A stretch of DNA of 58,860 bases, counting the filler, from Sphacelaria rigidula (lineage: Eukaryota), in NCBI GenBank assembly GCA_964200075.2. It is 8 parts of 8 records of this genome, joined end to end, with 100 filler letters (N's around TTAATTAATTAA, not from the genome) between each part and the next. Parts side by side here need not be neighbours in the genome. Positions count along the whole stretch, not along the records: positions 7,372 to 14,642 come from CAXNAA020015688.1; positions 14,743 to 22,012 come from CAXNAA020015689.1; positions 22,113 to 29,382 come from CAXNAA020015690.1; 5 more parts are not named here. One strand, written 5' to 3'. Shown one piece after another: positions 12,095 to 23,511 of the stretch. Positions within the stretch are counted from its first letter, which is position 1. Each line of letters begins with the position of its first letter. Under the pieces are notes generated by a model that worked only from the letters and a program-made list of their open reading frames with translations, ran no database searches and was not told the origin of the DNA. Made by a program: the position numbers and the translations under genes.

Positions 12095-12410
12095 CGCATT
12101 TTTTTTTGTCGCACTTCGAACCCCTTCCCTTCCTCGGGACGAGTCCGTGGTCTCAACGGATCATCCCATCTCTCCCCCGGTACATGTCGTGCATTTTGGT
12201 CTCGCGGAGTGGGTCATGACTATCAGCACTCCCGCACCGCGTCAACTCACGTCAAACAAACTCAGTCGACCACCTCGTTTACTCGCGTTCTCGCGCTTTC
12301 CACGGTGGAAATCAGATATCACGAAGAAAAACCCAACGCACCGGGAATCGAATCCTCGTTCTCTCCACCCCAATGGCGTCAGTCGGACCATTTACACCAC
12401 CGGGGCGCGG
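12095..12410 (-). mobile_element. tRNA-derived SINE
   Basis: Minus-strand head GCCCCGGTGGTGTAAATGG (A box)...GGATTCGATTCCC (B box), and a body motif GAGACCACGGACTCGTCCCGAGG shared with other copies. Confidence 0.8.
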
Positions 12411-12703
12411 CAGCATTGGGTACAGTAAACCGGATTTTGATGTACGTAGGCTGGCGCGCCCCCTTGGGAGTCTCATGGTATAGCACACGATCAGATCGGA
12501 AAAAATATATATATGGGTTTGAGACGTGCCGTTGCGTTTAGCCCTGGAATGTTTTGACGCCCGTCGTTGAAAACACCAGGACGTACGTGAGTAGTAGCAA
12601 GCACTGTTTGTTTGGCTTATAATGGTGTAGTTGACGAGAGTCGGCTCGGTGCGGAAGGGCTGATTCACTCCGCGATATCAAAATGTAACAAGGCGTGTAT
12701 CTC

Positions 12704-12800
12704 ACCAGGGGAGAAATTGGTGGATCCGTTGAGACGACGGACTCGTCCCGAGGATGGGGTGGGGTGGGGGGGCGTGGAAGTGTGTAAAAAAAAGAATACA
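12704..12800 (+). mobile_element. tRNA-SINE body fragment, inverted relative to 12095-12410
   Basis: GATCCGTTGAGACGACGGACTCGTCCCGAGGA matches the SINE body. Confidence 0.65.
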
Positions 12801-13292
12801 GTAGGTGATTGAACCACGATGCAAGTAGGCCGGTTCCAGTGGTTTGCGATGGTTCATGGTGTAATTCTTTTTAAATCGTCCGGCCCACTGAACCCTTACA
12901 CTGATAAATTGGTTGGTTGGTTGATTGTTGCACGTCCAATAATGGTGTTTGTGATGGTGATAGTGATAGTGGTGGACGAGTGGGGGGGGGGGTGTCGATC
13001 CCCTGGAACTGTACTCATGTAGACTCGTATCGCGGAAGGGAATAGTAAATAAATCAAAATGCCGTATCTGCTGTTAACAGGGAAACACACTTCTTGATCA
13101 CATTTGTTAGCGTGGGGGACGCCATGTCTGTACAAAATATTGGTCCTAACACGGGACATGTCGTGACGTGGTAGTATCGTAAACCCTGCATGAATTTATT
13201 ATTACTGATAATGATGGGCCACGAAAAAGAACACCTTATTTTTTCCTCCGGGAGTCCGAGAACGTCGTTGACTCGAAAAAGTCGTGGGGGGG

Positions 13293-13930
13293 CGTACTCA
13301 TTTGTCGCTTGCCTTAGTCGTTTGACCATTGACCACGCATCCCTTCCGAGACGTAGCACCGTTCCTACTCCTCATAGAGATACGCCTCCAACATTTCGGT
13401 GCTCAATGCGTTTCTCCCATACATTACACAAATCCTTTTACATATCTTATCCCCGTCCCGCCTCAACGCCTGCGGCCACGTTTATCTCTCGTAGTATAGC
13501 CATCGTTTTCCTACTGCCTAATGCATTAAACGATTTCATGCCACCTTCGTTTGCTTCACCGCATTTCCCCTCAAGCATGTCCCGCTCCTCCTTGTATAGC
13601 TCACATTCTGCCACTATATGAGTTCCGCTCTCTATTGCTTTGCTGCAGGGGCAATTCTATGCATCTACCTCCTACTCCTCTCGACTACTGGTACATTTCT
13701 CTTTATTCTTTGTGGCACGCCCAAGTCCCCCACCCGGAATCGCAGCGGGAAGCAAATCTTGGAAAGGAAACGCAGTAAGACTGCTCTGCTAAACTCTCTC
13801 GTCGAAAGGGTCCAGTGCGCATCAAAGCTTGTCTTTCGGAGCCTGGGATGCCGCGATTGTCCTTCACCTCCGGACTATGCAGTACCTTCCTTACCCCTTG
13901 CTCTACTCCCTCCGGCGCAGCCACCTTGTA
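13293..13930 (-). mobile_element. Family B LINE 3' portion including the C-terminal CCHC zinc knuckle
   Basis: The minus strand encodes NCPCSKAIESGTHIVAECELYKEER and ends GCVVNGQTTKASDK* followed by GTACG and a C-run (G-run 13286-13292 on +). Confidence 0.85.
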
Positions 13931-14074
13931 CTACATGATGTACATCGCACCCTAGACAATGTACGACATTGTCAAAAAGTGTACTGCGTCATGGAATCTT
14001 TTGTAAAATGCAATACACGAAATAGTCGATAGTGTGCGCAGTAAGTCCACTTTTTGACAGAGTGACTCATTGCC

Positions 14075-14570
14075 CAGGGTGATACATATCTCAAGGGTAG
14101 GTCGAGTAGAGTATACTCAATACTCAGTATTTTTGAAGAGTCATGCTTTTAGTACTCGAAGTTTGAGTAGGATATTCGAGGTCGTGCTCAACCTACTCAA
14201 TTATTCGAGTAGAGTATTTGAGATCATACTCAGCCTACTCGAAATTTGAGTAGAGTATTGAGGTCATACTCAAGTGATACTCTAAACTCAAGTATTACTG
14301 AGAGTGCTTACTCAAACTCTGAGTAGAGTATTCGAGGCCGTACTCAACGTACTCGGAATTCGAGAAGAGTATTTGTGGCCATACCCTACGTATTCAGAAT
14401 TTGAGTAGAGTATTGAGGTCACACTCGAGTGACACTCTATACTCAAGTATTACTGAGAGTGCTTACTCAATATTTGAGTAGAGTATTTGAGGTCGTACTC
14501 GACCTACTCAAATTTTGAGTAGAGTATCGGAGGCCGTACTCGACCTACTCCAAATTTGAGTAGAGTATTG
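14075..14570. repeat. Array of ~40-bp self-complementary units (GAGTAGAGTATT..GAGG..TACTC..CCTACTC), probably hAT-type subterminal repeats
   Basis: Starts CAGGGTGATACA. About ten degenerate units with a higher-order duplication (about 14245-14330 vs 14400-14490). Confidence 0.75.
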
Positions 14571-14642
14571 GGAATTGGTCTCTGTTCTATGCGACAGTTT
14601 CGATTATCGGCTCACTCGCTGTTACTACTTCGTGTATACACC

Positions 14643-14742
14643 NNNNNNNNNNNNNNNNNNNNNNNNNNNNNNNNNNNNNNNNNNNNTTAATTAATTAANN
14701 NNNNNNNNNNNNNNNNNNNNNNNNNNNNNNNNNNNNNNNNNN
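14643..14742. other. Artificial contig spacer
   Basis: N44-TTAATTAATTAA-N44. Confidence 0.99.
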
Positions 14743-15345
14743 GGGGAAAGCACTGTTTTAGGCTTGAGCCTCATCTCGAAGTTAAACCTCAATTCTCACA
14801 ATTTGTTGTTCCTTGATGATTTTAACAAATTCAGCATCCAACTTAAACGTTCAACCACAATATCTGCATTCTAGAACCCTACATGAATTTGAATTATCCA
14901 CAATCACGAGGATAGTGCCCCCCCCCACAGGACATCTTCCGCATTACTTTGCAAGGCCACTGGCTCCGACCGAGCTGCGGTTTCCGCTACAGTAAAAAGT
15001 GTCTACATGCCCGACGGGTTCATCCCCCAATTAGCTAAGGAATTGTGAGAGTTTGAGATCAACATTTCACCAATCGGCTTCTTCGGACTGTGAGTTTGTT
15101 TCGTGTGGAAGCTCAGAATATCTTCCTGCACTTGCGTCGCTTATAGGACTCAAGCGCTACTAAATCTAGAGGGAGTTGTTACAGCAGGGTGTTCACCCAA
15201 GGAATTCACCAAATACCCATGCTCGGCTCTGCGCGCGTTACATATCCCTCACACCAAAATATGAATCACGCGGCCCAGTTCCTCCAAAGCAAAACCTTCA
15301 CCGGCGCTTCCTAGAACGTCCACCAAAACCCACGCATTATTACCC

Positions 15346-16416
15346 TCAACCGAGCCAAGTTGGCCCTCCTTCTGCCTTTCGACTCTTGGCTGAAGGCACT
15401 TTCGAACCTGACCCGCTCGTTGCCCGGGCCCCTCTATAAAGTTCACTGCTACGCCGAGTGGCCGTAGCTCTGGCTGTCGACGGCCTCCTTCCACTAGCGC
15501 GGGCTTCTCCTTTCGAACCATGAGCGCGTATTTCGCCTCCGGCCGCCGCCGCCGCAGCACCAGCTTCTCCTATCGGCACCCACCCCCCACTCCTACCCAA
15601 GTCTCCCCTAGAACTTCTGTTCCCCCCTGATCCCTCGCCTGACCTCCGTCGGCGCTCGCGCTGTAATGGTGGAGATGAGCTCGAACGATGGTGCTGCTGA
15701 TCCTCGTCGTCTTGACTCGCTCGGCGTTGCCCAGCCAGATACGCAGCCCCGACCGCTACGCCCGCCGCCGCGCCTACCGCGACCCCGGCCGCCGCGCCCA
15801 CCATCAGCCCGGCGGCACCCGCCGCCGCCCCCGCGACCGCCCGTCCTGCCCCCCGGTTTAGTTTCCCCGATGATGACTCGTCGACCGCCCTTGGTGACGA
15901 TCGTGCCTGGCCCGTATTTCGCCGGGCTGCGGATGCGGCTGGTGTAACATCAGCAGCTGACGTCGATCTAGAAGAGCTGCTGCCACCGCCGCCGCCGCCG
16001 CTGTCGCCGCCGTTGCTGGCTCCTGTGCCCCCTCCACCGCCGCCCGCAGTAACCTTCCGGTAATTTTCTTTCACCATCTTCAGGCACTCGGAATGTTCCT
16101 TCATGAAGTAAAAAAGTACGTCCGGCTGGTTTGCCGCTGAATCGCGGTCGGAGGAAGACTTTCGCGACTTTCGCGAGTTGGAGGAGCCGCCACCGCCGGA
16201 CGCGCCGAGACGGGACGATTCTGATTGCTCCATCGTCCTCGAGCTTGACGCCGCGGCGGTGGAGGTGCTGCCCGACCGAGACTTGAAATGGAATACAATG
16301 AGGTCGGCGTGCTTTTTACGGGACGTTATTCTGGAGAGATGTCGAAGGCCTCGGTGCTCCGAAATCACACCTTTCGCGCCGCCCGTCGCCCTCGTTCCCT
16401 CTTCTATGTCATCAAA
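15346..16416 (-). CDS. TBC1D23: Probable last exon of a TBC1D23-like gene (second half of the C-terminal PH-like domain plus a low-complexity tail)
   Basis: Acceptor TTACAG|TTT, phase 0. GVISEHRGLRHLSRITSRKKHADLIVFHFK...LFYFMKEHSECLKMVKENY resembles the TBC1D23 C-terminus as I recall it (KITSKKKHPELITFKY). Confidence 0.7.
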   Translation of the reverse strand, partial: FDDIEEGTRATGGAKGVISEHRGLRHLSRITSRKKHADLIVFHFKSRSGSTSTAAASSSRTMEQSESSRLGASGGGGSSNSRKSRKSSSDRDSAANQPDVLFYFMKEHSECLKMVKENYRKVTAGGGGGGTGASNGGDSGGGGGGSSSSRSTSAADVTPAASAARRNTGQARSSPRAVDESSSGKLNRGAGRAVAGAAAGAAGLMVGAAAGVAVGAAAGVAVGAAYLAGQRRASQDDEDQQHHRSSSSPPLQRERRRRSGEGSGGNRSSRGDLGRSGGWVPIGEAGAAAAAAGGEIRAHGSKGEARASGRRPSTARATATRRSSELYRGARATSGSGSKVPSAKSRKAEGGPTWLG

Positions 16417-16791
16417 CTGTAACCAAAGGACGATAGAAGAAAGCGACGTCTCGATTGGGCCAGCGATGGTATGTATCGTACTACTGAACATATACTCTGG
16501 CTTGGAACGACTTGCTGTCCAACATGAACCGCCGATGCATGCTAAGAACTGAGATATCCGTCATCCAATCAATCACGAGACTCGTCATATCGTGCGTCAT
16601 GTTTCTCTTCACAAGATTTCCCGCGCACACTCTCAGATGCACACACGTAAAAAGCCTGCACGTCACCAAGTATGCATGACAAGCCCACCACGTGCCAAGA
16701 ACCATGACACGCAATCTTGCATGGGCAAACACAAAAACTCCACCGTACACCATCAAGTCATGTTAAACTCCCCCAGGAGTGGGTCTCTTAC

Positions 16792-18093
16792 CTGCGTCAT
16801 ATTCTTCGGGGACACCGCCAGGCGGCATTTCTTCTGCACTTTCCCGTCCACCACCCGCTGCGCCGTGAACATCCTCACGACACCACCGCTCTCCCGTTGC
16901 TCCTTGGCAACCCACTCCGATATTGACACCGGCACTTTCGACGGCACTGTCGGCGCCCCTCTCTCGGTCCGCCGGCCCGCCGTTTCTCCCGCCATCGTTC
17001 CCCCTCCCGTCGCTGCCATCGCTGCCGTCCTCGTCGTTGTCGTTGTCGTTGTCGTCCCTGGTCGACGTGGTCGAACCGATCGCGTCAAAGGTCGATCGGG
17101 CGGACACTCTGGACTCGCAACGGTGGTGGAATCGGCCTCTATGGGCACAGCCACAGCAACAGCCACAGGCAAGGCGTCGGTCGTAACGAAAGGCACTGTT
17201 GAAGGATCGTAGACTGCCGTTGCAGTTACGGGTGCTGATGCTTCTGCTGGTGTTGTGATACCCGTCGCCCCTTCCTCGCTGTACCTATCGCCGCTACTAC
17301 TCACTGCTGCACCGCCACCCGAAGAAACATTCGTTTCTGCTGGGATGCTCGCTGAGGGGACGCTTTCGGCGCGAACGCCATCACCGCCAATGCTTCGCCC
17401 GCCCGCGCCGCCGTTTACGCTTGTCTCGTCAGTGGTAACGGCGTTGCTAGCGGCGTCGCCAGCTGCATCGCTAACTACGTTGACCCTCGCGGCTTGCCTC
17501 CGACCCGGTTCATCCAACGACTCGGTCCGCGTCCGGTCCCCGCCAGCACTGGAACCCGCGCCGTCGTCAGGTATAGCGTCGTCTCGCACGCCGATGAACT
17601 TTGTGATGAAGCGCGTAAAACGCTCGGGGTTGTTCGATCTTGAACCCTTCACCCATGTTCCGCTACCCCTCCGCACCGCGTTCGCTCCCTCATCGTCTCC
17701 AGGCGCCGTCGATGCTCCAGATTGTTCGGCTGCATTGGAAACGGACACGTCCGGATCTCTGAGAGATCCGTTGGCCACAACACCCCTCCCGGGAGTTAGC
17801 CAGGTTCGCCCTTCCGTCGGCAAACGGGAACCCTCTTTCGGTGGAGGCGAGAGTTGTTCCGTGCTTGCTGAATTGGTTGCATCACCACCGCCCCGACCTC
17901 CGTCCTTGTCCGCCTTATCAAAGCGATCCAAAACGCTGCCGAACAGCCGACGCTTCCCGGACTTCCGCTCCTCATCGGCACACTTAAGGCCGTGGTCTGC
18001 GAAGTCTTCGGTGCCCCTCCGACCCATCCCACCCCTCCCTCTCGGCGCGCTGGCGTCCCTCGAATTCACGCTTGAATCGCTTTTGTCCCTTGC
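16792..18093 (-). CDS. TBC1D23: 1302-bp internal exon of the TBC1D23-like gene (long disordered linker plus first half of the PH-like domain)
   Basis: Acceptor TTTTTTGCGCAG|, donor CAG|GTAAGA, phase 0 at both ends. Ends VSISEWV...VVRMFTAQRVVDGKVQKKCRLAVSPKNMTQ and splices in frame to 16416. Confidence 0.75.
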
Positions 18094-19009
18094 CTGCGCA
18101 AAAAATGAAAACCCACACGCACGAGTGTCAGCAAAATGTGGGTCAGTACCATGTGTTAGAAGCCAGCACAAGTGCTGTGAGTCACAAATGACCTCGATAT
18201 TTCCTCCTTCCACGAGGTGCCTCTGGGAAGGTACAAACAGTGGCATTCCACTAGAACCAGAGCAACTACTTCTATACTATTACTGCTCAAGAGGGTTGTG
18301 TATCAATTTTGATGTACCGTATATATACACATGTAAATATCGTACCGTATCGGTCATCAGGACCGACGGGTCGATCGTTTGCCGTTACCGGCGATACGGC
18401 ATAATATATGGGTTACTGTCCGGACGGATACAACCCATCAATCTTACTGCTGTAGTCAGGAGTACTGTTGGTATCATCGGGCATACAAAGTATCGATACA
18501 CCCTTACTTCGTAGAGGACACATATTGCAGGCCAAAATTACATCACTTTTGAACACTGGTGGTGAACATTCCATCGATGTCCTGCTCAGTTTGCGATCCA
18601 ACTAGACACCAAGACACGGGGGAGTTGCAAAGAACAACCGCACGAATCAGACCGCGGCGGGTTGTGTTGGGGTAAGGTCTATTACTTGTGACCCTCCCAT
18701 CCCCATCTGCCGTTGGGTTGTCGGCCGCTTCTGCTCTTCTCCCTCGCGATAGTAGCATATCCATATGTACCACTATTGCTTCCGAAGCTATCTCTCCCAT
18801 CGAGGAATCAGAGGTGCGATCGGCATCGCCGCTCATCTTCTATCACCTCTACTGGTATATTCAATACCCCGATGGTGGGCAGCACTCTGTGCCGAGAACC
18901 GAAATTTAGACACAAATCGGAATCATTATTTGGGGGGTCATCATTCGCCCTCACAATCAAGGTAGTCTATGAAGTGACGTCACGACGTCACGAACGGTCA
19001 ATGTTACTG

Positions 19010-19231
19010 AGATTATACCCAAGTGATAATCTGTACCCGGGTATTGCTGAGATTACTTACCCATATTTGGGGTAGAATATTGAGACCATACCCAACCGCA
19101 CCCAACTTTTGGGTAGAGCACCGAGAATGAACCCAAATCACCCATGATTTAGGTAGAGTAGATACCCTGGAATTATACCCGAGTACTCAGAAGAATATAC
19201 CCTACCCGAGTTGCCCTTGAATCTATCCCAT
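19010..19231. repeat. Degenerate palindromic array related to 14075-14570 (TACCC/GGGTA variant)
   Basis: Units TACCCA..TTTGGGTAGA. The reverse complement of the right end (GGGATAGATTCAAGGGCAACTCGGGTAGGGTATA) resembles the start of the 14075 array. Confidence 0.6.
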
Positions 19232-19389
19232 CATCAACTTTGTGCTTTTTTTCCGGCACACTTACAACTCTTCCCCTTTCTCGAGATGAACCCGCGGTCT
19301 CAATAGATCAATTTAATCATTCCCCTGGTATATGCCTTGCAATATGGTACCCTTTGTTGCTACTCATGCTCTCACGTGTTTAACGATAC

Positions 19390-19503
19390 ACAACGACGGG
19401 AATCAGACTTTTCCCCAAAAAAATCAAAGTGCGTCTGCCGGGGATCAAATCTGTATTAACCCGACCCAATGGTTATAGCGTATCATTACACCACCGGGGC
19501 GCA
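19390..19503 (-). mobile_element. tRNA-SINE head (degenerate)
   Basis: CATTACACCACCGGGGCGC matches the heads at about 12390-12410 and 29575-29592. Confidence 0.65.
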
Positions 19504-19700
19504 GATGAACTCGGGACCGACAAGCAAGAGGCTGCCGCGTTGAGAGACGCTCATAGGATAACCGCCATTGCTGACATAACGACAGTAACAGTTCGCGCCG
19601 AATCCAGAATGGAATGATTTAGAGAGTGGCTTCTCTTGTACCTGATACGGGATGAACGGGAGACGCAGAGGGGGGGGGGGCACGGAAGCTGGCACAAACC

Positions 19701-19764
19701 TGTTTGTTTGGTTTCGTTCCGTTCCGTTTCGGTTTGGTTTGGTTTGGTTTGGTTTGGTTTGGTT
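19701..19764. repeat. (GGTTT)n/(CGTTC)n pentanucleotide microsatellite
   Basis: Read directly from the sequence. Confidence 0.9.
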
Positions 19765-20368
19765 GCTTTGTTTCAAGTTTCATCCTGTAACGGTGCTCTC
19801 GCCCCTATCGAGCCCGTGGGTGAAGAGCATATGCCCAAATGATGTAGTTCTCCATTAGCTTCCAGGGCACTCCTGTTGTTTCGTTTGATTTCGTTCGTTT
19901 TGCTTCGCTTTGTCATGCTTCATTCGTGTCTCTTGCTGCTTGTTCGTACGGCACGGCTTGCCCACCTGACGCCATGCTGCAGGGGCCGCCTGTACCTTCT
20001 TCCTTGTTCGTTATTTACATTATCCTGTCATCCTGTCATCATTTTCATTACGTCACTCTCGTCGAGACCGGTTATTCGTACTCTTCTTCACATTTCATTT
20101 CCGCTCTATTCTCTGCTTCTTTTTTATTTCTTCAATTATTTTCCTGCTTTGTTTTGCCTCTCGATTTTGTTCAGTTTACTCCTGTTATGTCCCTTTTCTC
20201 ACCTTTTTTACAACCATCTTAACTTCACGTCTGGATCCCGCGGAAATCACTCTCTCAGTGTGCTAAAATCAATCAATCAAATACATGAATATTATCGCTG
20301 AATCTTACCACTACCCGACCCTACTGCGCACGCACTTTTTACGTCCTAATAACAAAGGTATATCTTGC

Positions 20369-20513
20369 CTTGCCCCTGCTGGTCCAAGATGCACTCCTCT
20401 CCCTTGCCTCCCCCTCCGTCGCGCCGGCGGCTCCCTTACTCCACTTCGGGAACCCGGCGAACATCCCTTCTGTCTTTTTCTCCGGGCTGCAGTGGGTAAG
20501 CTCCTCGCGTACC
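20369..20513 (-). CDS. Putative upstream exon of the TBC1D23-like gene (VREELTHCSPEKKTEGMFAGFPKWSKG...SRGK)
   Basis: Acceptor GTGCAG|, phase 2 in and phase 0 out at a GC donor (AAG|GCAAGA). Phase-compatible with both neighbouring exons. Confidence 0.45.
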
Positions 20514-20859
20514 CTGCACAATGATTGAACGGGGAGCAGGGGGATGAAGGTGAGCACCATGGTCCACTGCATTGTTCGCCGACAAAGCGGATGAGAGCTG
20601 TCACCTTAGAGCTTACATACCACAAGAGAAAAAACAATGTTTCCGTGAATTACATGTGCTTATTACGCCACATGGCCCGGTGCGTAAATGTAACACTTGG
20701 CGTGACGTCTGCAGACCTTCCAGTACAAGTCCACGATATATAACAGCACATGGTACAAAGCAACATTGTGACATTATCCTGTACAAGAGTACACCCGGAC
20801 AGTACAGCATAATAGTCATTTTTCATCATGTTTTTGGGAACAAGATGACGCGAGTTCAC

Positions 20860-20945
20860 CAAGCGATTGTGTGCTCGGCTGGTGTGCTCGGAGGGACTAA
20901 CGGGCCGTGGTCGCGGGTCATTCGTGGAGCGGGGGAGGTTTGCGC
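20860..20945 (-). CDS. Putative upstream exon of the TBC1D23-like gene (AQTSPAPRMTRDHGPLVPPSTPAEHTIAW)
   Basis: Acceptor TCTCCCAG|, donor TG|GTGAAC. The phase-2 end joins 20513 to read EHTIAW-VREEL. Confidence 0.4.
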
Positions 20946-21034
20946 CTGGGAGACTAGAACTCCTCAATAAACTCCGGTTTGAACTCTTGCCCGCACTCAA
21001 ATCTTCACTCTTCAAACGGGGGCGGTGTTTGAAG

Positions 21035-21918
21035 TCATTCGTTACTTGCCTTAGTCGTTTGACCGTCGACCACGCATCCCTTGCGAGACGGAGCACCGTT
21101 TCTACTTTTCATAGAGAAGCCTTCAACATTTCGGCGCTCATTGCGTTCCTTCCATACATTACACCAAAACCTTCTACATATCTAATCCCCTTCCTGATTC
21201 GTCGTTTGTGGCCACCATCTATCCCCCAGTTTAGCGGACGTTTTCTCGCTACTGACTGTTGCATCAAGGGATTTGATGCCACCTCCGTATACTTTCCACA
21301 TTTCCCCTCCTAAACGTCCCGTTCCTCCTTGTATAGTTCACATTATGCCATTAGATGACTTCTACTCTCTGTTTCGCCACAGGGGCAATTCGGTGCATGT
21401 ACTTCCTCCTCGACTCGAGTGCTCGTATACATTATTCTACTTTCTGGTAGGTCCAGGTCTCCCACCCGATATCGCGGTTTCATCTTTTTCGCGGAGTCCA
21501 TCGCGCGATGCAGATATGTTTTCATCCTTATCCCCTCCATCAACCCCCCGTATATCGTCAGGTATTCTTCCTCGTCTACTTTATGTCTTAGCGTTTTTCT
21601 TTCCCGTATTTTCATCTTGTACCCGCCACATTCACCTATGGATATTATCTCGTCTTTGTTTCCTTCCATGCCCTTCCATACTTTCTCGACCACGCTATCC
21701 CACCTCATTCCAGCCTACTTCCGCCACTTGCCTCCATCACGGCCCTATCAACTATGCCTGGCAACCTCTTTCTTGTCATACTCCTTACGCTGTGTTGCCA
21801 TTTCAGATTTTTCGTGTCTCTATTTATTTCAAGTGGGTACAATCCCACCTCTGCTCTCACTGCTGTATTACTCGCCGTTTTTAAACATCCATGTATTTTC
21901 TCAGCTACTGTCATCTAC
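21035..21918 (-). mobile_element. Family B LINE, longest copy (RT thumb to 3' end, RTEX-like)
   Basis: GCLKTASNTAVRAEVGLYPL...KRLPGIV, RYRVGDLDLP and NCPCGETESRSHL. The 5' truncation point abuts a 21-nt G-run (21919-21939). Confidence 0.85.
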
Positions 21919-22012
21919 GGGGGGGGGGGGGGGGGGGGGCCGGTTGATGCCTTAGCTGCTTGATGTACTCGTGGCCACACCGCCCCCGCGCCCCCCCTTC
22001 GTGCAGTTCATC

Positions 22013-22112
22013 NNNNNNNNNNNNNNNNNNNNNNNNNNNNNNNNNNNNNNNNNNNNTTAATTAATTAANNNNNNNNNNNNNNNNNNNNNNNNNNNNNNNN
22101 NNNNNNNNNNNN
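22013..22112. other. Artificial contig spacer
   Basis: N44-TTAATTAATTAA-N44. Confidence 0.99.
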
Positions 22113-22162
22113 CCCTACAAAGCCGGGACGGAGCACGCCGGGTTCTCGCCGGACCAGGCTAA
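22113..22162 (-). mobile_element. Family A fragment at the contig start, followed by a G-run
   Basis: CCCTACAAAGCCGGGACGGAGCACGCCGGG, with a G-run at about 22167-22182. Confidence 0.75.
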
Positions 22163-22325
22163 GTTTTGGGGGGGGGGGGGGGTTATCGCGGCATCCCTCC
22201 TCGCCCAACCAATGTGAATGGCTCGGGCATCGACGGTGTAGCGAGCAACCGTGCGTTTGCAAACTGTTAATACCATGCCAAAACCATGATTGTGGGTGTA
22301 AACCCCAGTGAAATCGTACAGACTT

Positions 22326-22712
22326 CTAGACAAGCGAGTGAGCTGGCGCTTTCGTTTCTAGCAGACGTTCACGAACACACTGGTGGTGTTTACTTTTCGC
22401 TTTCAAATACCTTATGCGCCTGGAGTATACACGCCTCGCTTTCCTCCCCCTGAAGTATGACTGCAACTTGACTGCTGCCCACTGGCGCGTAGTTTGAATT
22501 TCCTCGTATTTTTTTCTCGCCGCGAACCCACGCCAAGACGTCTGTACTACCACGGCTGCTGGGTCGAATTTCGGTGGATACTGAGCTCGTTCAATCACCA
22601 TCGTCTCTGGTGCTTTTTCTGATTCGCGTTGTTGCTTTTCCGCTTGATCAACAAGCTCTGTGGTATCATCACCATCTCCACCGCCAGAGTGGAATTGATC
22701 CATCGCGGAGAC
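22326..22712 (-). CDS. Exon 7 of the LRR-IQ-Sfi1-like gene, containing two IQ motifs
   Basis: Acceptor GTACAG|GTC, phase 0. Motifs AAVVVQTSWRGFAARK and AAVKLQSYFRGRKARR. The 3' boundary is uncertain (a donor may lie near 22393). Confidence 0.75.
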   Translation of the reverse strand, partial: VSAMDQFHSGGGDGDDTTELVDQAEKQQRESEKAPETMVIERAQYPPKFDPAAVVVQTSWRGFAARKKYEEIQTTRQWAAVKLQSYFRGRKARRVYSRRIRYLKAKSKHHQCVRERLLETKAPAHSLV

Positions 22713-23103
22713 CTGTACCTCAGTGTGGGACCGGCAACGAAGGGAGACAGGATGTACCTTGATCGTGCGGTGTGCGTTACGGACTGTATGTGTGGCCATA
22801 ATTCCGCGAACAGCGAGCGAAGGCAATTGCTCGGCATCATTTTCAGTCATTTTCGAGTCAAAATGATGCCGATGCACAAAAACAATAATCGGCGATGAGT
22901 CCCCCAAGAATTAAGCGAGAGGTGTACTGCTTTGCGTCGCAACATGCAGCGTACGTACAAGTCACGCGGTGGAAGTTGCTGCTCTCCCTTGTAGACTTGT
23001 TTCGCTGAACATATATGTATGGTCACCCTTTTGTGCACATTAATGTCGGTAATATGCATCAGTATATACATTTTCATGTTCGGAGCAGCCAAAGCCCTCT
23101 AAC

Positions 23104-23193
23104 CCTCTCATTTTTCCGCCAGTTTCTCATTTGCTCACGTTCTGAGCCTATCGGTTGCATGCTTCTGCAGAAACCTGGTGGGATCCGTGACAT
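23104..23193 (-). CDS. Exon 6b of the LRR-IQ-Sfi1-like gene (MSRIPPGFCRSMQPIGSEREQMRNWRKNER)
   Basis: CAG| and |GTTAGA boundaries; 90 nt, phase 0/0. Confidence 0.55.
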
Positions 23194-23390
23194 CTGCGTT
23201 CTCTAGCATTGGCCTCGGGAGCCTGCTCTGTGATTGGATAAACTGTCAAGCCGTATCCTCACCTATACTCTCGTGACCCCACCCTTTCATCTTTACAAAA
23301 ATTGCCGCGAGCTAGGAAAGAAAAGTACAAGTACGAGAAATGTGGTGATGTCATTTCACAGCACTTGCACTTCGCAACACAGAGGCATAC

Positions 23391-23511
23391 CTTTACGTCG
23401 TCTCCTCCCCCCCCTCCCTGCTCTTCAGCCTGTGCCAACTTCTGTGCGTCTTCTGGGGGTATGGTCACATTTCTTAGACCCTCGGTTCCCCCTACCCAAA
23501 CTTGAAGTACC
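23391..23511 (-). CDS. Exon 6 of the LRR-IQ-Sfi1-like gene (VLQVWVGGTEG...DDVK)
   Basis: CTCCAG| and AAG|GTATGC boundaries. Phase 2 in matches the previous exon. Confidence 0.65.

Noticed and set aside
12340-12410. Functional tRNA gene (also 29520-29592 and 45123-45202)
   Set aside because: A and B boxes are present but the cloverleaf stems are incomplete and copies are diverged and joined to repeat bodies. Treated as SINE heads.
14075-14570. Possible CRISPR-like array
   Set aside because: Units are contiguous and degenerate with no unique spacers and no cas genes. This fits transposon subterminal repeats.
18335-18375. Hammerhead ribozyme candidate (CTGATGA on the minus strand)
   Set aside because: No GAAA core follows the putative stem II.
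17255-18514. 419-aa plus-strand ORF
   Set aside because: Antisense shadow of the GC-rich minus-strand exon, which has splice sites and a recognisable domain.
18543-18836. Extra exon of the TBC1D23-like gene
   Set aside because: Composition is plausible but I found no convincing splice-site pair, so it is left uncalled.
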